From the NCBI GenBank assembly GCA_963727845.1, contig CAVSHI010000003.1, forward strand, positions 787,764 through 851,763: a stretch of 64,000 bases of DNA. Reading direction: 5' to 3'. The stretch comes from Ignavibacteriota bacterium (GTDB lineage Bacteria; Bacteroidota; Ignavibacteria; UBA10030; SZUA-254). Positions within the stretch are counted from its first letter, which is position 1. Each line of letters opens with the position of its first letter. The notes below the pieces were generated by a model. The model ran no database searches. It was given only the letters and a program-made list of their open reading frames with translations, and had not been told where the DNA came from. The position numbers were made by a program, and so were the translations under genes. Below are positions 18,704 through 28,359 of the stretch, piece by piece.

Positions 18704-19666
18704 ATGGGTCAACTAGTGCGCCGTCTCCGATTCTTGCGCCCCGTCGACGCATTGACCATTGCCTTTGCGTTCTTCTTGTCGGCCATTTGCCTGGTCATCG
18801 CACCGCGCTTCAGCCTGTGGTTTTGGATCATCTGCATCAACGTACTCGCGAGCGCCGTCGTTATCGTGTTTGCCCGGATAGCCGCCGATGCGACGGGCAC
18901 TTCGAATCTCGGCGAGCACCCGCGGGAGAATGTTCTTCTGAAGATTATCTACGATTGGTACCCGGCGCCGATTGTTTTTCTCTCCTTTAAGGAGATTTAC
19001 CTCATTCTACAGGCCCTCGGATTACCCGACCGCGACAACGTCCTGATCGCCATCGACCGATGGATTTTCGGCGTTCACCCGACAGTCTGGCTGTATCAAT
19101 TTGCCACACCTGTGGTGACAGAAATTCTTGAGATCGCATACGCAAGCTTTTACATCCTGATGCTGATAACAGGCCTCGAACCGTACATGCGGAAGGATTA
19201 CGGAAAGTTCAATTTCATCATCTTCACATTCCTCTATGGTTTTTTCCTGTCATACATCGGATACCTGCTTGTCCCGGGAGTCGGGCCGCGATTCACACTT
19301 CACGATTTCTCGGCTTTGAAGAATGAATTGCCCGGCATTTTCTGCACCGATGCAATTCGCGATTTCCTTAACGCAGGGGAATCCATCCCCCGGAATGCGG
19401 CCAGTGCAATTGCGACAGTCCAGCGGGACGTGTTCCCGAGCGGCCATACAGAGATGACACTCATTGTCATCTATCTCGCAGCGAAATTCAAACTTAGAAG
19501 TCGCTATTTCTTGTTTATTTTGGGGACGTTGCTTATCTTTGCGACGGTCTATTTGCGATACCATTACGTGGTCGACCTGATCGCGGGCGCTCTATTCATG
19601 ATGTTTACTGTCTGGTCGGCTCCAAAATTATATGCCCGGTGGGAAAGATTCCGGACTCGCACTTAA
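18704..19666 (+). CDS. PAP2-superfamily-like polytopic membrane protein
   Basis: At least 8 predicted TM helices. The C-terminal motifs FPSGHTEM and RYHYVVDLIAG match PAP2 phosphatase motifs 2 and 3. Confidence 0.55.
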   Translation: MGQLVRRLRFLRPVDALTIAFAFFLSAICLVIAPRFSLWFWIICINVLASAVVIVFARIAADATGTSNLGEHPRENVLLKIIYDWYPAPIVFLSFKEIYLILQALGLPDRDNVLIAIDRWIFGVHPTVWLYQFATPVVTEILEIAYASFYILMLITGLEPYMRKDYGKFNFIIFTFLYGFFLSYIGYLLVPGVGPRFTLHDFSALKNELPGIFCTDAIRDFLNAGESIPRNAASAIATVQRDVFPSGHTEMTLIVIYLAAKFKLRSRYFLFILGTLLIFATVYLRYHYVVDLIAGALFMMFTVWSAPKLYARWERFRTRT

Positions 19667-19786
19667 CCATGATCTGTTGCGTCGCATCGACCCGATGATC
19701 TTAACAACCGGTCGACGGGGACCGGCGATTAAAGTCGTCAGTATTGAAATGATTCTGTTACAATTGCTTTGAAGGAGGAAGAACCC

Positions 19787-20320
19787 ATGCTTAGGAAGAA
19801 CTTAGCCGTAATTCTCGGTATCATCCTTATTCTCGCCGGATGGATGTTGGGGGGGTGTTCCACGAAGGATCCCGACAGATACTATAATGACCGTGAGGGT
19901 TTCTCCATTAAATTCCCAACGGCATGGGAGAAGCAGGAGGGAGTTTTGGCGATAAAAGTCATCGCCAAGGCGCCTCAGAACGGTGCGACGAATCAATTCC
20001 GGGAAGATGTCAATGTGGCCGTCGACAGACTGCTGAAAGCCATGACCATCGAAGAATACTTCCAGCAGAGCGTGACTAATATGAAGAAAGTGCTAACCGA
20101 ATTTCAAGATCTGGAGAAGGGACAGGGTTTCATCGACGACTACGACGCGAAGTGGATGGTTTACACCCACAAGATGGGCGCTTCGACCTTCAAAGTCCTC
20201 GTGTACATGATTGTAAAAGATAACCGGGGTTACGTGATTACTTGTACGGCTCTACCGGACCGGTTTTACACTTTCAGGAGCGAGTTCGAGGACATCGCGC
20301 AGAGCTTCCAGTTTGAATAA
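19787..20320 (+). CDS. hypothetical lipoprotein
   Basis: Signal peptide with lipobox LGGCS; soluble domain of about 150 aa with no recognisable motif. Start taken at MLRKNL. Confidence 0.5.
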   Translation: MLRKNLAVILGIILILAGWMLGGCSTKDPDRYYNDREGFSIKFPTAWEKQEGVLAIKVIAKAPQNGATNQFREDVNVAVDRLLKAMTIEEYFQQSVTNMKKVLTEFQDLEKGQGFIDDYDAKWMVYTHKMGASTFKVLVYMIVKDNRGYVITCTALPDRFYTFRSEFEDIAQSFQFE

Positions 20321-20387
20321 GACAGGGGGATTCTTCAATATTCTCAACCTCGGGGACGGCGCTCCGAGCCAGATCCCTAACTTGCAG

Positions 20388-21794
20388 TTATAGAAATATC
20401 CACCACACCAGCGCGAATACTGGAATCAAGATCGGTATTGAATACTTGAATATATAACCACCGAAGCTCGGACACCGGGCGCCCGCATGGTCGGCTATGG
20501 ATTTTACCATGAAGTTCGGCGCGTTGCCAATGTAGGTCATCGCGCCAAAGAAAACCGCGGCGATTGAAATCGCCTTCAGATACGCGCTGTGGTTACCGAT
20601 GAGATAAGCAGTTTGGATATAGTCAACGGGAACGCGTCCTGCGGATACGGGGCCGGGGTGGTTTGCCATCAGCGTCGCGACGGTGGCGCGAATTTCTTCA
20701 GCGTGGACGCCGGCGACATCCACGAGTCCGATACCGTTCGTTGAAATCACATGTTGCACCTGCTGGATGATGTCCCGGTCGACGAACAGACCCACGGACG
20801 CGCTGAGAAAATTGAGGTATGTCGGCGCATTGGCAAGCACACTCGATAAAATCCCCGTCCCCCAGTAAAAATTCCCGGCAGAAACGATCCCAATCTTCGC
20901 GGAATTCATTTCCAGCCATTCGAGGGCAGGGACCATTGTTGCAAATATCCCGAAGAACAGAATTGCAACCTCCTTCAGCGGCAGAAAATGGAACTCGTTC
21001 CTTTCATGAATCTCTCTCTTCGTCGTGAGGTATGATCCAAGCGCCGCAGCAGCCATGATGGACTCCCGGGCGAAGATCGGATGCTCTACGAAGACCGCGC
21101 CAAGAATTATCAGGAGAAAAAGAATATTATGAATCCCTCCGATTTCGAATCCGTCGCTGAGATCTTCTTCACCTGCCCGGGATTCCAAGGTTTCCGATCT
21201 TTGAAAACTCAGGTAGTCGATGATGAAAAAAACCGAGAGAATGATTCCCACCGCCAGCGCCCAGGCCTGCCAGACGTTTTCGAGGATCCAGAAGAACGGA
21301 ACTCCTTTGAGATACCCGAGAAACGGCGGCGGATCGCCTATCGGAGTAAGCACGCCCCCGATATTGCTGACAAGAAAGATGAAGAAAACCACGTGGTAGC
21401 CGCGAAGCCGAGAACGGTTCATACGGATGTACGGACGGATCATGATCATCGACGCACCCGTGGTGCCAAAGATATTTGACGCCACAGCGCCGGCAGCGAG
21501 GAATAATAGATTGGAACGCGGTGTAGATTTTCCGCCGAGGCGAATATGCATCCCTCCCGCGACTACATACAACGATCCTATTAGAACGATAAGACTTACG
21601 TACTCGTATCCCGCCGACCATATCCTCTGGGGATTCCGGAGAACGAAAAAGTAATATACAATGGTAACGGCACTTAATCCGAAGGCCACGAGCGGGTAAT
21701 TCCTCTCCCACCACCGCTTGTTCACAAGCGGCATTACAGCGATTGCGGATAAGAGAAGAACGAAGGGAATTATCATGCATGAACCCACAGGCAT
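20388..21794 (-). CDS. ArsB/NhaD-superfamily permease (putative Na+/H+ antiporter or anion permease)
   Basis: 468 aa with two homologous halves, each holding multiple TM helices and re-entrant G-rich loops (SNIFGTTGASMIM; GNAPNFMV), typical of the NhaD/ArsB/CitMHS ion-transporter superfamily. Confidence 0.6.
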   Translation of the reverse strand: MPVGSCMIIPFVLLLSAIAVMPLVNKRWWERNYPLVAFGLSAVTIVYYFFVLRNPQRIWSAGYEYVSLIVLIGSLYVVAGGMHIRLGGKSTPRSNLLFLAAGAVASNIFGTTGASMIMIRPYIRMNRSRLRGYHVVFFIFLVSNIGGVLTPIGDPPPFLGYLKGVPFFWILENVWQAWALAVGIILSVFFIIDYLSFQRSETLESRAGEEDLSDGFEIGGIHNILFLLIILGAVFVEHPIFARESIMAAAALGSYLTTKREIHERNEFHFLPLKEVAILFFGIFATMVPALEWLEMNSAKIGIVSAGNFYWGTGILSSVLANAPTYLNFLSASVGLFVDRDIIQQVQHVISTNGIGLVDVAGVHAEEIRATVATLMANHPGPVSAGRVPVDYIQTAYLIGNHSAYLKAISIAAVFFGAMTYIGNAPNFMVKSIADHAGARCPSFGGYIFKYSIPILIPVFALVWWIFL

Positions 21795-21868
21795 GACAAG
21801 CTTCGCGCCACCGGGGACCGGCGAAACCCGCGAACGACAGTCATCGACCGGGCATCAGAATGCCGGCG

Positions 21869-22504
21869 TCATCGTGGTCCGCTGATCTTGCGACGGACAA
21901 TGTTCATTACTTCTTCCGTTTTCATCTTGCTCGTCTTGAGCAACGATGCAACCTCTTCTGACTTCCAGCCGACAAATTCAGCATCCTTGATACCGCCCAG
22001 ATTGATTTGCACGTTGAGAGAAGCGCCCTCGGCGGCCGCATGCAGCATCAGCGCACTCACCCCCGCATCACTGAGGGAATTTGCATTACCTTTTTCCGCC
22101 ACCACTTTTGCCAATGCAAGCGCATCAATCACATGTTTCATGACTTCAAGAGGAACGAGGGCAGCTTCTTTCGTCGCCGCCTCGACAGCAGCCGCCCGGA
22201 GCGCCTTTTGGTCTTCCGTGTCCTTCGGCAACCCGAACGCTTCCATCACTTTATTGAACGCGACGGTGTCGCTGTCGACAAGCCGCGTAAAAGTCTGCCG
22301 CAACTGCTCTGATTGCCGCACGATATTCTTCATTTCAGGTTCAACGTCGGCGTACTTCTTTTTGCCGATCGTCAAATTGCAAACCATTGATGTCAGTGCA
22401 ACGCCCAGGGCACCCGACAATGCTGCGACACTGCCTCCCCCGGGTGCGGGGGAGTTCGATGCAAGTTCATCAAGGAATGTCGTGACTGTTTCTTCTATAA
22501 GCAT
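21869..22504 (-). CDS. formiminotetrahydrofolate cyclodeaminase (FTCD_C family)
   Basis: LASNSPAPGGGSVAALSGALGVALTSMVCNLTIGKKKY is the cyclodeaminase/cyclohydrolase family signature. Confidence 0.8.
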   Translation of the reverse strand: MLIEETVTTFLDELASNSPAPGGGSVAALSGALGVALTSMVCNLTIGKKKYADVEPEMKNIVRQSEQLRQTFTRLVDSDTVAFNKVMEAFGLPKDTEDQKALRAAAVEAATKEAALVPLEVMKHVIDALALAKVVAEKGNANSLSDAGVSALMLHAAAEGASLNVQINLGGIKDAEFVGWKSEEVASLLKTSKMKTEEVMNIVRRKISGPR

Positions 22505-22584
22505 GTTGATTCTCCTTCAATCCACCGCTGTTCGCCTTTGGCGGGATGTCTCTCGCGAGAGAGATGACAGCGAGAGGGTCGTTA

Positions 22585-23589
22585 CTAGATCATGTATTCA
22601 ATTATTTTTGTCTTTGGATCGAAAGGCTCAAGCTGACTGAGCCCGAGACGTTCAATCGCTGTATGAATTAGTTGTTCCTCACTCGTCGATGCGGCCGGGC
22701 TGCCGGCATAGAAGGTCCCTGCAAGCAACAGCGCTTCCTTGGGAATCAATCCCACCACCTCGCTTCCCGTCACATCGACCCCGAGGTTCTGCGCTTCCTT
22801 TCTCACTTCCTCATACGCACGGTGCGGCGGCGTAATGTCGTAATTCGTGAGATTGATGGAAACCTGGGCAATCTTGAAACGTTCGAGAAAAACTCCCATC
22901 GCTTTGACGGATTTCAAGGAACCGGGAATCTTTGTCGAATTTCCACTCGCATTCTTCACCGTTCTCCCGCTCTCACGGATCCGCACGGCGATTTCCTGGG
23001 CGATCTCCTTCTTGTCGGTTTTGAGATTGACATTGTAGGCAATCAGAAAACACCGCGCTCCAGTCACGGTTGCCCCGGATTTCTCGTTGAGAACGGGTTC
23101 TCCGTAGTCCGGCCGCCATGCAGAATCCTTGAGTTTATCCCGGAGTGCTTCATACTCGCCTTTTCTGACATTGGCAAGATTCCTTCTCTCGGGCATGCGC
23201 GCCGCTTCCTCGTAGAGATAAACGGGGATATGAAGCTCTTCGGCCACGCGCTTGCCGTATTCGTTGGAAAGCCGTACACAATCGGCCATAGTGACTCCGG
23301 AAACCGGCACGAACGGGACGACATCCGCTGCACCGATCCGCGGATGCTGGCCCTCGTGATGCCGCATATCGATCATATCTGCGGCAGTCTTTGTCGCCTG
23401 AAACGCGGCCTCTTTCACGGCCTCTGGCTCACCAACGAACGTCACGACACAACGGTTGTAATCCTTGTCCGGCTCAACGCCGAGGAGTTTCACCCCGCGC
23501 ACCCGACGGATGCTGTCGCCAATCGCTTTGATGGTGCGTTCATTCCGCCCCTCGCTAAAATTCGGGACACATTCCACAATTGGTTTCAT
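22585..23589 (-). CDS. ftcD: glutamate formimidoyltransferase
   Basis: MKPIVECVPNFSEGRN...RCVVTF..., the formiminotransferase N- and C-subdomains, is collinear with FtcD N-terminal-domain proteins. Confidence 0.85.
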   Translation of the reverse strand: MKPIVECVPNFSEGRNERTIKAIGDSIRRVRGVKLLGVEPDKDYNRCVVTFVGEPEAVKEAAFQATKTAADMIDMRHHEGQHPRIGAADVVPFVPVSGVTMADCVRLSNEYGKRVAEELHIPVYLYEEAARMPERRNLANVRKGEYEALRDKLKDSAWRPDYGEPVLNEKSGATVTGARCFLIAYNVNLKTDKKEIAQEIAVRIRESGRTVKNASGNSTKIPGSLKSVKAMGVFLERFKIAQVSINLTNYDITPPHRAYEEVRKEAQNLGVDVTGSEVVGLIPKEALLLAGTFYAGSPAASTSEEQLIHTAIERLGLSQLEPFDPKTKIIEYMI

Positions 23590-23593
23590 CTTC

Positions 23594-24226
23594 TCAAAAA
23601 GGCTTTCCCTTGTTATTCGATACAGGCACTACAATTGCGCCCTCTCTGAAATTGCCCAGCACTTCGGCTTTCCCCCGCAAGAACAAGTGTCCGACAAGAG
23701 CGCCCGTCACGGCATCAAGCTCGTCGCCGTTCATTTTCTTATCCAGACCTTTCGCTCCGAGCTTCCGCAGCCCTCTCAGGAGTTTTTCCAGCCCTTCCTG
23801 CTTCCTCGGAATTCCCCAGACATCCTGTGCCGCGCCCGGATACATTTCGATGACTTCATACCCTTTGCGCTTCAATTTCTTTTGCAGTGCAATGCCGCGC
23901 AGGGTCAGGGAGCGCATCGGACCGAGAGTAATCGGAAAGAACCGGATACCCCGCCTGAGCAATTCCCTGTCACATACGCGGAAATGCTGTCCGTTGCGGT
24001 CATCGATCGTTTTTCTTCCCGGCGGGAGATTCAGGGGCGCATCGATCGCCACGAGGTCCGGTTTCGCCTGCTCGACAAAATCGAAGATTTCATCGTCTGC
24101 GTAGACTGTGGTCCATGAAGTTATCGTTTTTCCTCTCAACGTACAAATCCCGGTGTTGCGCTTCGGACTCCCCGCAAGGTCTATACCGACGACAGTGAGA
24201 ATCCGGTTTTTCCTGTCAGAATTCAA
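23594..24226 (-). CDS. DUF429-like RNase H-fold protein
   Basis: ILTVVGIDLAGSPKRNTGICTL...DLVAIDAPLNLP matches the RNase H-like DUF429 pattern. Its start overlaps the hutI stop (ATGA), and it sits inside the hut cluster. Confidence 0.5.
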   Translation of the reverse strand: MNSDRKNRILTVVGIDLAGSPKRNTGICTLRGKTITSWTTVYADDEIFDFVEQAKPDLVAIDAPLNLPPGRKTIDDRNGQHFRVCDRELLRRGIRFFPITLGPMRSLTLRGIALQKKLKRKGYEVIEMYPGAAQDVWGIPRKQEGLEKLLRGLRKLGAKGLDKKMNGDELDAVTGALVGHLFLRGKAEVLGNFREGAIVVPVSNNKGKPF

Positions 24227-25461
24227 GAACGGTTCCTCGCTTGATTACCTGTTTCGGCGTGATTCTCCCCGAAATGATACGGGAGAAATTTATAGTCCGG
24301 GATGTTCAGGACCACCATGTCGGCCTTTTTCCCGACCTCGATGCTTCCCACTTCATCCGAAAGCCCGACGGCAGCGGCGGCATTGATGGTTGACGCGGTT
24401 ATTGCTTCCTCCGGAGTCATGCGCATTTGCGTGCAGGCGATTGTCATCATCAAAGGCATGCTGTACGACATACATGAACCCGGATTGAAATCGGTCGCGA
24501 TCGCGACGGGAACGCCGGCGTCAATCAGCGCTCGTGCTGGTGCATAGCGATGGTTGAGGAAAAATGAAACCCCCGGCAGCAGCGTCGCGACGACTCCCGC
24601 GCCGGCAATAGCTTGTATTTCACTGTCCGTTATGTGCTCGAGATGGTCGGCAGATATGGCGCCCAGTTTCGCAGCGAGTCCCGCTCCACCCGACGCGCTG
24701 AGCTCGTTCGCATGTATCTTCGGCATAAGGCCGAATTGTTTACCGTTCCGAAGAATTGTCTCGCTCTCCGCAACATCAAAATATCCGGCTTCGCAAAACA
24801 CATCACAGAAGGTCGCAAGCTTGTGAGAAGCAACGTAGGGGATCATACGTTCGTTGATCTCGCGCACATACTCCTTTTTGTTTGCCTCGAACTCCGGCGG
24901 GACGGCATGCGCGCCGAGAAATGTCGAGACAATCGAAATCACTTCTTCTTTTTCCAGCTCGACAATTGACTCAAGCATTTTGATCTCATTGTCCATGTCG
25001 AGCCCGTAGCCGCTTTTAATCTCCACCGTTGTAGTTCCGTGGTGCAGCATGTTGTTCAACCATTGCCGGGCTTGCTTCTTCAGCTCCTTCTTCGTCGCTT
25101 CACGCGTCTGCCGCACCGTATTCAGGATCCCGCCGCCCCGCTCTGCAATCTCCTGATACGTCATTCCTGCGCTTCGCATTGCAAACTCAGCCTCACGGCT
25201 GCCGCCGAATACCAGATGAGTGTGTGAGTCGACGAAACCGGGCATCACGACGTTGTTCATGCAATCAACCACGTCGGCTTCTTTGAGACTACCCAGCGCA
25301 AGATCTTCCATCCGGCCGACCCAGGTGATCGTGTCGCCCTCCACGATAACGGCGGCATTTTCGATCAAACCGACGTCGTTCATGTCATGACCGATCTTTA
25401 CTTTCTTGCCGTGCGCAGACACGGTGACAAGTTGCTGTATATCGAGAAGTGCAAGTTTCAT
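24223..25461 (-). CDS. hutI: imidazolonepropionase
   Basis: 412 aa; the amidohydrolase metal-binding blocks (GFVDSHTHLVFGG ... HANELSASGG ... DFNPGS) match HutI. Confidence 0.9.
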   Translation of the reverse strand: MKLALLDIQQLVTVSAHGKKVKIGHDMNDVGLIENAAVIVEGDTITWVGRMEDLALGSLKEADVVDCMNNVVMPGFVDSHTHLVFGGSREAEFAMRSAGMTYQEIAERGGGILNTVRQTREATKKELKKQARQWLNNMLHHGTTTVEIKSGYGLDMDNEIKMLESIVELEKEEVISIVSTFLGAHAVPPEFEANKKEYVREINERMIPYVASHKLATFCDVFCEAGYFDVAESETILRNGKQFGLMPKIHANELSASGGAGLAAKLGAISADHLEHITDSEIQAIAGAGVVATLLPGVSFFLNHRYAPARALIDAGVPVAIATDFNPGSCMSYSMPLMMTIACTQMRMTPEEAITASTINAAAAVGLSDEVGSIEVGKKADMVVLNIPDYKFLPYHFGENHAETGNQARNRS

Positions 25462-25591
25462 AATTCTATGATGTGCTTCATTCTGTGCAACGGTCTCAAA
25501 AGATACTCAAAAACATTCGTTCTTTCAAGGTGGACGGGGCTCCAAGTCGCGAAGCGAGCATCTCTAGCATACACCTGCATCGTTCAAGGGG

Positions 25592-25601
25592 GGGGGGCGT
25601 G
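25592..25601. repeat. G10 homopolymeric tract upstream of hutI
   Basis: caaGGGGGGGGGGcgtgg lies about 130 bp 5' of the hutI start, on the noncoding side. Confidence 0.6.
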
Positions 25602-25712
25602 GCGTCAAGAAAGCAACCATCAGAGGATTAAGTGGGAGGGGTGCACAGCGCCGGGGACAACAGCCGATCTTGCCCGCGCGTCACTTAACCGTATGCGCTG
25701 CAAACTGATGAA

Positions 25713-26168
25713 TCAAAGCGTTATTCGATAGAGATTCCATTCCTTCATATGCTTCGCCCCGAGCTTTTCATAGAAGCGGATGGCAGACGTATTCCAGCCG
25801 AGCACCGTCCATTCCATGCGACCGCACCGGCGCCGGCGCGCCACACCCCAATAATACTTGAACAACTTGATCCCGACCCCTTCCTTCCGGTATTCCCTCA
25901 AGACGAATATGTCTTCGAGATACAGGGTTGGCAAAGCAAGAAAAGATGAATACGTTTCGAAAAAAATTGCATAGCCGACTGCCTTCCGGTCGACAAAAGC
26001 GATCAACGCTTCAAAGCGCTTTCGTTTACCGAACGCGTCGCGGAGAAGTCGGCTGCGAGCCGAACGGGACGGTTTCTTCAATTTCTCGTAATCTGCCAGA
26101 GCATCGACGAGTTCCAGGAATTGCTTGCCGTCTTTCTTGCCGGCCGGTCGGACAATGATGGATTTCAT
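25713..26168 (-). CDS. GNAT family N-acetyltransferase
   Basis: The acetyl-CoA-binding motif REYRKEGVGIKLF and the MKSIIVRPA start; the longer upstream ORF extension was discarded. Confidence 0.75.
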   Translation of the reverse strand: MKSIIVRPAGKKDGKQFLELVDALADYEKLKKPSRSARSRLLRDAFGKRKRFEALIAFVDRKAVGYAIFFETYSSFLALPTLYLEDIFVLREYRKEGVGIKLFKYYWGVARRRRCGRMEWTVLGWNTSAIRFYEKLGAKHMKEWNLYRITL

Positions 26169-26169
26169 C

Positions 26170-26370
26170 TCAGTGTTCTTTCTCGACGTGGGAAAATCGT
26201 TGTGTGTAACCATTACATCGCACAACGGGCAGTGACGGGTACCTGGGGAACGACGGATCAGTTTTAGACATCAGGCAGAGCACGAATGTCGAACCTTTTT
26301 CATTCTGAATACATTTAGCGTACTTGCACTGTGTGCATAAGCCCGCACCATCAGGAATTTTTCGGTTCAT
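26170..26370 (-). CDS. small Cys-rich ORF (66 aa; C-x2-C-x4-C ... C ... C) immediately upstream of and coupled to the GNAT gene
   Basis: MNRKIPDGAGLCTQCKYAKCIQNEKGSTFVLC...VRC; the stop TGA is 1 nt before the GNAT ATG. No family could be assigned from memory. Confidence 0.3.
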   Translation of the reverse strand: MNRKIPDGAGLCTQCKYAKCIQNEKGSTFVLCLMSKTDPSFPRYPSLPVVRCNGYTQRFSHVEKEH

Positions 26371-26373
26371 GAA

Positions 26374-27516
26374 TCATTCGGCTGCGATGATGTTTCCGAT
26401 GGCGCGACTGAACCGTGGCAGGTTGCTATCCTCATCGGACAATTTCAAATATTTCCTGAAGAAATCAACTGGCCCCCGGACAATGGTTTCAACGAGTGCG
26501 GTTCTCCCCATCCTGAGGTCGATTTCTCTCGCCATGACCATGCCGGCCATTGCTCCGTAATTATCCCGGTATCCGCTCAGGTTGGCCGTTCGAATAAGTT
26601 CCGATGCCCGTGATGGGGAAAGGTTGTCAGAGAGCAGTTCCGTCGCATTCGCGTTGAACGTCGAAAAGACCTCCCTCGTTCTATTGTACCAGTCTCTGGG
26701 CAGGTTCCCATGTCCGAGTTGGTCGAGAGAAAGATAGTAGGCGATGCCTTCATTCTGCGTCAGATCGATTAACTCATGGAACGGCCTGTTGTGTGTCGCA
26801 TAGTAACGCTTCCACGCTGACGAATTTTCTTTGTAGGCACCGAAGGCAGCGTGAAACACCTCGTGCGCCGTTACGCCCAGAAGGGAAACGAAACGTTCAT
26901 TGAGCGTCTGGCCATAATTGACAGCGTGGGCAAGATTGATGACGATGGTCAACTCACCCTCCCCACCGCCGACAAATTGGGGCACATCTCCGTGCCAGAT
27001 GATCCGGCGGACATACGCATCGACGTTTTCGTGGCCGAACCCAACGACGTAGACCGGGATAGTCAAAGAAATATCCGCATCCTGCGGGAAGATCTGCTCG
27101 ACAGTAGCAACAACTCTGCGATTAAAGTTTTGCTTCTTCATTTCCCCGAGAAGCTCCTTGATGCTCACGATGTTCTTCCGCGCTTCTTCAAGATGATAGA
27201 TGTTGTCCCGCATGAAGTCGTGGTATCTCAGCGAATCGAGGGATGATTGGAGCCGCGCGGTTACGGAACCGCTGTTTGCGATTAATCCCGTTGTCGACGC
27301 GGCGACTAGGCTGCCGCGCAGGCCTGCCAATTCCTGTGTGCTCACGAAGCGATCTTCGTAGAGTTCGACACACTGTTCAGCGACATCAAAATTCAATCGC
27401 AAGTCGACATTGAACTTTGGGTTGGTTTGGGCCATAGCAATGGGCCCAACCATGTGCCCCAACAGAATAAGCAAAGCAAGCAGACAAAGAGCCAAATTCA
27501 TTGGGGGATAAATCAT
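26374..27516 (-). CDS. secreted putative zinc metalloprotease (HExxH)
   Basis: Signal peptide (MNLALCLLALLILLGHMVGPIAMAQ) and a single HEVFH motif (LGVTAHEVFHAAFGAY). The N-terminal about 55 codons of the maximal ORF are read through REP hairpins and are not coding. Confidence 0.6.
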   Translation of the reverse strand: MIYPPMNLALCLLALLILLGHMVGPIAMAQTNPKFNVDLRLNFDVAEQCVELYEDRFVSTQELAGLRGSLVAASTTGLIANSGSVTARLQSSLDSLRYHDFMRDNIYHLEEARKNIVSIKELLGEMKKQNFNRRVVATVEQIFPQDADISLTIPVYVVGFGHENVDAYVRRIIWHGDVPQFVGGGEGELTIVINLAHAVNYGQTLNERFVSLLGVTAHEVFHAAFGAYKENSSAWKRYYATHNRPFHELIDLTQNEGIAYYLSLDQLGHGNLPRDWYNRTREVFSTFNANATELLSDNLSPSRASELIRTANLSGYRDNYGAMAGMVMAREIDLRMGRTALVETIVRGPVDFFRKYLKLSDEDSNLPRFSRAIGNIIAAE

Positions 27517-27547
27517 TCTGCAAGTTGCCAGTGACATGAAGTCTGAG

Positions 27548-27700
27548 TCGTTTCCCTCAACTTTTAGCCTGTGAACAAACGCAGCGGCGTCTCTCGAATT
27601 GAAAACCGGATTGTGTCCCACGAGCTTTAGCTCGTGGACGAAGGCGACGCCATGTCTCGCACGGAATTTTGAATCGCACTTCACGAGTCACCTGTATCCT
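27548..27700. repeat. REP hairpin cluster 3' of the RAYT gene (1.5-2 degenerate units)
   Basis: Contains cccacgagctttagctcgtgg (9-bp stem) and ctctcgaattgaa..., homologous to the units at 28360-28486. Confidence 0.6.
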
Positions 27701-28344
27701 TCTTTTACATAGCTCCATTTCCACTCTTCGGGCGTACTCGTTATCCCTGCAACGACGGAATTGTACAACACGTAATCAATAATTCGTCTCAATTCCTGGC
27801 CGCAACGCACGACATGGTCGTAACTTTCATGGTGCCAGAAGCTTCCACTCCTGTCAAGCAACTGATTTGCCCGACGTGAGGTGCGTCCCTTCAGGAGTCG
27901 CAAGATGCGCGTCAACCTGAATCGATTGTTCTGGGTATTGCCCTGCGGTTCAGACGTTGGCTCAAACCCGCGCAGATCAATCACCATGTGGACATGATTT
28001 GGCATAATGGTATAAGCTATCAAACTATAGAGTTTATCATCCATGTCGTGCATCTCCTTTGCAACCAATCCCGCTACTGCAGGATCGTTCAACCAATGCG
28101 GACCGTTCTTAGCCTTCTCCAGGAACGCAGTATATCCATCAACGTACTTCTTCGGCAACTCTCCCCGACACCGACCATGCATCCCGTTTATGAGAACTCT
28201 TCTCTTCTCCACCGGATCGTCGACCAATGCCTTGAGGACATTCTTCGGTAACGATTCCGCTAATCGGAATGTGACGAAGAAAACTGCTTCAGCCGGCTGA
28301 TAGTGCGGCAAATGCCGCCGATAATATGTGTTGTCCTCCCCCAT
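27688..28344 (-). CDS. IS200-like / REP-associated tyrosine transposase (Y1 HUH transposase, RAYT-type)
   Basis: YYRRHLPHYQ...FFVTFR, the HUH motif in AYTIMPNHVHMVI, GRTSRRANQLL, and the catalytic Tyr in SFWHHESYDHVVR. Start set at the ATG (MGEDNTYY) just outside the REP array. Confidence 0.8.
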   Translation of the reverse strand: MGEDNTYYRRHLPHYQPAEAVFFVTFRLAESLPKNVLKALVDDPVEKRRVLINGMHGRCRGELPKKYVDGYTAFLEKAKNGPHWLNDPAVAGLVAKEMHDMDDKLYSLIAYTIMPNHVHMVIDLRGFEPTSEPQGNTQNNRFRLTRILRLLKGRTSRRANQLLDRSGSFWHHESYDHVVRCGQELRRIIDYVLYNSVVAGITSTPEEWKWSYVKEGYR

Positions 28345-28359
28345 ATCGCAACCCTGTGT

